Shown here piece after piece: positions 60,596 through 64,000 of a DNA stretch of 64,000 nucleotides. The DNA is taken from the NCBI GenBank assembly GCA_021827645.1, contig JAKAVA010000041.1, forward strand, positions 2,076 to 66,075, in the 5' to 3' direction. The DNA comes from Planctomycetota bacterium. Lineage in GTDB: Bacteria > Planctomycetota > Phycisphaerae > WQYP01. Below the pieces are notes generated by a model. That model saw only the letters and a list, made by a program, of their open reading frames with translations, was not told the DNA's origin and searched no databases. Position numbers and translations under genes: made by a program. Each line of letters opens with the position of its first letter. Positions within the stretch are counted from its first letter, which is position 1.

Positions 60596-63448
60596 CTACT
60601 TGGCAATAGGTACACCTTCGCGTACTTCAACATCGCTGGGCTGAACAATCTTCGAGGCCGGTGCTGGCGTTTTTGACGCCGGTGGCTGAATGCTCAGCGC
60701 CTTGGCGATAATTTCTGCCTGCTCCTGCACATGCCGTTCGTGCGATCCGGCAGCCGGTGAACTCGACGGCTTGCGCCCGATATACACCAGTTTCTGCATG
60801 CCGGGCCAATGATAATGAAGCTTGGCTCCGATGAACGGATAGACGCCGTTGTTGCGTGGCTCCTCCTGCACCCAGTACATCTCCACCCCCTTGGGGTAGG
60901 TGCGGGCGATTTCCGTCAGGCGTTCCGCATGGAACGGATAGATCTGCTCCAGCCGCAGAATGGCAATGTCCTCGATCCGGTGCTTCTGGCGTTCGGCAAG
61001 CAACTCATAATAAATTTTTCCAGAACACATGATTACCCGACGGACGCGCGACCGGTCGATCGGGTGCGTTTCGTCGATGATTTCTTCAAACTGTCCGTGT
61101 GAAAATTCCTTCAGTTCGGAAACCGCCTGCTTGGCTCGCAGCAGGCTCTTGGGCGCCATCACAATCAGCGGTTTTCGGAACGCGCGAATCACCTGCCGCC
61201 GCAGCAGATGAAAATACTGAGCCGGGGTTGTCGGATTGCAAACCTGGATGTTGTCCTCCGCAGCAAGCTGCAGGAATCGCTCCAGCCGGGCGTGCGAATG
61301 CTCGGGCCCCTGGCCTTCATAGCCATGGGGCAGCAGCATCACCAGCCCGTTATATTTGCCCCATTTGGTTTCCGCGCTGACGATGAATTGGTCGATGATC
61401 GGTTGGGCCATGTTCACAAAGTCGCCGAACTGGGCCTCCCACATCACGAGTGCCATCGGGTCGGCGGATGCAAAACCGAATTCAAAGCCGACCACCGCCA
61501 GCTCCGAGAGCATGGTATTGATGATGGTAAATCGCGAGCGATTACCCGCAAACGCCACCAGCGGCGAAAACGCCTCGCCCGTCTTATGGTCGTAGATGAC
61601 CGCGTTCCGGTGGCTGAACGTGCCCCGGCAGACATCCTGCCCGGTGAGCCGCACCCATGTGCCCGAATCCAGCAGAGAACCAATGGCGAGCATTTCACCC
61701 GTACCCCAGTCAATACCCGAGCCGCTGACGACGGCATCAAGCCGCGCCTTGTACATCTGGGTGATTTTGGTATGAGGAGTGAAGTTATCGGGGAACTTGC
61801 AGATTTGTCGGGTGATTTCAATGAGTTTGGTTTCCGGTACAGCAGTGGGGACCCGCCAGTCCGCAATCTTCGCGGGTACTTTCAGCAGGTCTTTCCAAGG
61901 GCCGTGCGTCGCCGGTGCGCTTTCCGTCGGTTTGAAAGTCTTGGCGTATTCGTGCGATTTATCAAGCCGATCGCGAATGCTGTGGGCCATCTGATCCAGT
62001 TCCGCCGAAGACGCAACTCGCTCAGTCAGAAGCCGCTCGGCGTAAAGCTCGCGGGTCGTTTTGTGTTTGGAAATGGTTTCGTACATCAGTGGCTGGGTTA
62101 CTGATGGGTCATCAAGTTCATTGTGGCCACGGCGGCGGTAGCACACCAGATCGATAATCACATCCGCTTTGAATTTCTGCCGGAACGCCATTGCAAGGCG
62201 GGCGGCGTGGACCACGGCTTCCGGATCGTCGCCGTTGACGTGAAACACCGGTGCCTGAATTGCCTTGGCGGCATCGGAAGGATAGCGCGTGAATCGGGCA
62301 TCCTTGGGATCTGTTGTAAAGCCGATCTGATTATTGACAATAATGTGAATGGTGCCGCCGGTGCGATACGCCTCAAGTTCTGAAAGATAAAGCGTTTCCA
62401 CCACAACACCCTGACCGGTGAAAGCCGCGTCGCCATGAATGAGCACGGGAATCACCTGCTGTCGGTCCACATCTCCCTTGCGATTTTGCTTGGCGCGAAC
62501 AATTCCTTCGACGATCGGATCCACAATCTCCAGATGGCTGGGGTTCGATGCGAGAGAAAGGTGCATCTGCTTGCCACATCCGGTGATGATGTCGCATGCG
62601 TAACCGAGATGGTATTTGACGTCCCCATCCCCCTGCGACTTCTGGGGCCGGTCCATCACTTCGCTCATGATGACTTCGTACGGTTTGCGGAAGATATGGG
62701 CCAGCACGTTCAGCCGACCGCGATGTGCCATGCCGGTTATTAATTCATCGGCACCGAGTTCCGAGGCGGTGTCAATCAATTCATCCATCAGAGGGATGAG
62801 GGATTCCGCACCCTCGATGGAGAACCGCTTCACCGTCGGATGCCGACGCTGGAGGAATTGCTCAAATTCTTCCGCGGCAATCACGCGCGCCAAAATCGCT
62901 TTGCGTTTCTCGGCGGTAAGGGCGGGTTTATTGAGGATCGGTTCCATCCCCTCCTGCAGAAATGCCCGCTGGGCTGGATCGCGAATGTCCATATATTCAA
63001 CTGCAAGCGTGCCGCAATACGTGGTGCGGAGCATCTCAATTAACTGCCGCAGCGGCACCGGAGCACCGCCGCCGAAGGTGCCCGTAGCGACCGTGCGATC
63101 CAAGTCCGCTTCCGTCAGGCCGAATTCTGAAAGCTCAAGCAGCGGGTGACGAAGCGTGTTATTTCCCAACGGGTCCAGATTGGCGATCAGGTGCCCCATC
63201 TCCCGGTAGCTGTGAATCAGATCGCCGACGGCAAGGACCGTTGCTCCGGCCTCATCGGCCGGTGACAGGGCCGCCCGGGGAGGGGCTCCGGCCGCCAGGT
63301 CAAAACCGCGAAAAAACCAATCCCACTGTCGGTCGACCGATCCGGGGTCTTTTTGCCATTGGGAATAAAGCGAATCAAGAAACTCGGGGCTGTATGCATT
63401 AATTGAATCGGACATACGGCCCAACTTACTGCCACCAGAACTTTCCAC
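60596..63448 (-). CDS. sucA: 2-oxoglutarate dehydrogenase E1 component
   Basis: It is 950 aa with a ThDP-binding fold and OGDH-specific N-terminal region (…HRGRLNVLAHIFRKPYEVIMSE…). It lies directly upstream of sucB. Confidence 0.9.
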   Translation of the reverse strand: MESSGGSKLGRMSDSINAYSPEFLDSLYSQWQKDPGSVDRQWDWFFRGFDLAAGAPPRAALSPADEAGATVLAVGDLIHSYREMGHLIANLDPLGNNTLRHPLLELSEFGLTEADLDRTVATGTFGGGAPVPLRQLIEMLRTTYCGTLAVEYMDIRDPAQRAFLQEGMEPILNKPALTAEKRKAILARVIAAEEFEQFLQRRHPTVKRFSIEGAESLIPLMDELIDTASELGADELITGMAHRGRLNVLAHIFRKPYEVIMSEVMDRPQKSQGDGDVKYHLGYACDIITGCGKQMHLSLASNPSHLEIVDPIVEGIVRAKQNRKGDVDRQQVIPVLIHGDAAFTGQGVVVETLYLSELEAYRTGGTIHIIVNNQIGFTTDPKDARFTRYPSDAAKAIQAPVFHVNGDDPEAVVHAARLAMAFRQKFKADVIIDLVCYRRRGHNELDDPSVTQPLMYETISKHKTTRELYAERLLTERVASSAELDQMAHSIRDRLDKSHEYAKTFKPTESAPATHGPWKDLLKVPAKIADWRVPTAVPETKLIEITRQICKFPDNFTPHTKITQMYKARLDAVVSGSGIDWGTGEMLAIGSLLDSGTWVRLTGQDVCRGTFSHRNAVIYDHKTGEAFSPLVAFAGNRSRFTIINTMLSELAVVGFEFGFASADPMALVMWEAQFGDFVNMAQPIIDQFIVSAETKWGKYNGLVMLLPHGYEGQGPEHSHARLERFLQLAAEDNIQVCNPTTPAQYFHLLRRQVIRAFRKPLIVMAPKSLLRAKQAVSELKEFSHGQFEEIIDETHPIDRSRVRRVIMCSGKIYYELLAERQKHRIEDIAILRLEQIYPFHAERLTEIARTYPKGVEMYWVQEEPRNNGVYPFIGAKLHYHWPGMQKLVYIGRKPSSSPAAGSHERHVQEQAEIIAKALSIQPPASKTPAPASKIVQPSDVEVREGVPIAK

Positions 63449-64000
63449 GTGAAAACTCCAAAAAACACGGCGTCTTCTAATGAATGTTACGCCGATCGCT
63501 GAGCAAATGCCTCAATCGCTGCAGGGCCTGTACCCTGCGTGATCTTGCCGTGCATACCAAGCACTCTTCATCGGATTATATTGCAAATATCGCGGCTTCT
63601 GAAATAGGCTCATGCAATTCACCATCAATGGCCTCCATACCCTTCTCATCGGGTATCCGCACGCTCCCCACGCGGGGGCAGACTCCATTCCGCCGTCACC
63701 CTATTTTATCGGACAATGCGTTGCAGATTCAACATCCGAAAGCTTTCGGCGCGAATGCCGACTGGAAACGGCGGCTATTTGTGGTTTTTAGTTCGTGTAT
63801 AACGCCATGTATTTTATGTGGTTATGCTGTATTTTGAAACACCTCGCCGGCCGGAATGCCAACAGAAACCCGCAATCGCCTTGAACGCTTCCACCGGCTG
63901 GCCGGCACTCGAAACATCGCCCGCCAGGCAGTGTTAACTGCACGTTACGTGTGTCTGGTTTCAGACTGCCGTTCACGGCACCGAGCCCTTATCTCTCCCC

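Overview
This is a high-GC chromosomal segment that most likely comes from a PVC-superphylum bacterium (Planctomycetes, Verrucomicrobia, Lentisphaerae or Kiritimatiellaeota). The evidence for that placement is a prepilin-type H-X9-DG (DUF1559) protein, a PEP-CTERM protein, two Cys-type sulfatases, a GH116-like enzyme, a YHYH protein and Tat signals. The window is mostly housekeeping genes mixed with carbohydrate-utilisation genes. I see no CRISPR array, IS element, integrase or recognisable defence system, and I have not identified a clearly novel system. The housekeeping genes are prs-rplY-pth, rpsF-ssb-rplI (no rpsR between ssb and rplI), hemB, hemC, nth, ppiB, lpxD, sucA-sucB, a tRNA-Leu(UAA), and a methyl-cycle block made of sahR-ahcY divergent from manA, a pseudouridine synthase and metH. 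The accessory content includes a putative sulfated-glycan locus (Tat-sulfatase, XylR-type AraC regulator, secreted GH128-like hydrolase, GPH symporter, signal-less sulfatase), a Tat-secreted GH116-like enzyme with an inserted domain, and a xylE-xylA pair. It also includes an RND efflux operon in OMF-MFP-RND order, an MbfA-like ferritin-VIT1 fusion, a Ppx/GppA-HD gene with an adjacent CHAD gene and a CusF-like lipoprotein, and an MFS-acyltransferase fusion. Further items are two c-di-GMP proteins, an RsbV/RsbW-like partner-switching pair, and an XRE-HTH/S24-peptidase repressor next to YHYH and PEP-CTERM genes. The most unusual structural signals are recombination scars. A 30-bp copy of the hemB 3' end lies 3.77 kb from hemB and brackets the GH116 gene together with a stranded 3' fragment of a UDP-sugar dehydrogenase gene. 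A decayed tandem copy of the DUF1559 gene's 3' half sits upstream of the intact gene. A perfect 15-bp inverted repeat lies in an 880-bp gap upstream of xylA. All functional calls come from reading the translated sequence and none has been confirmed by a database search.
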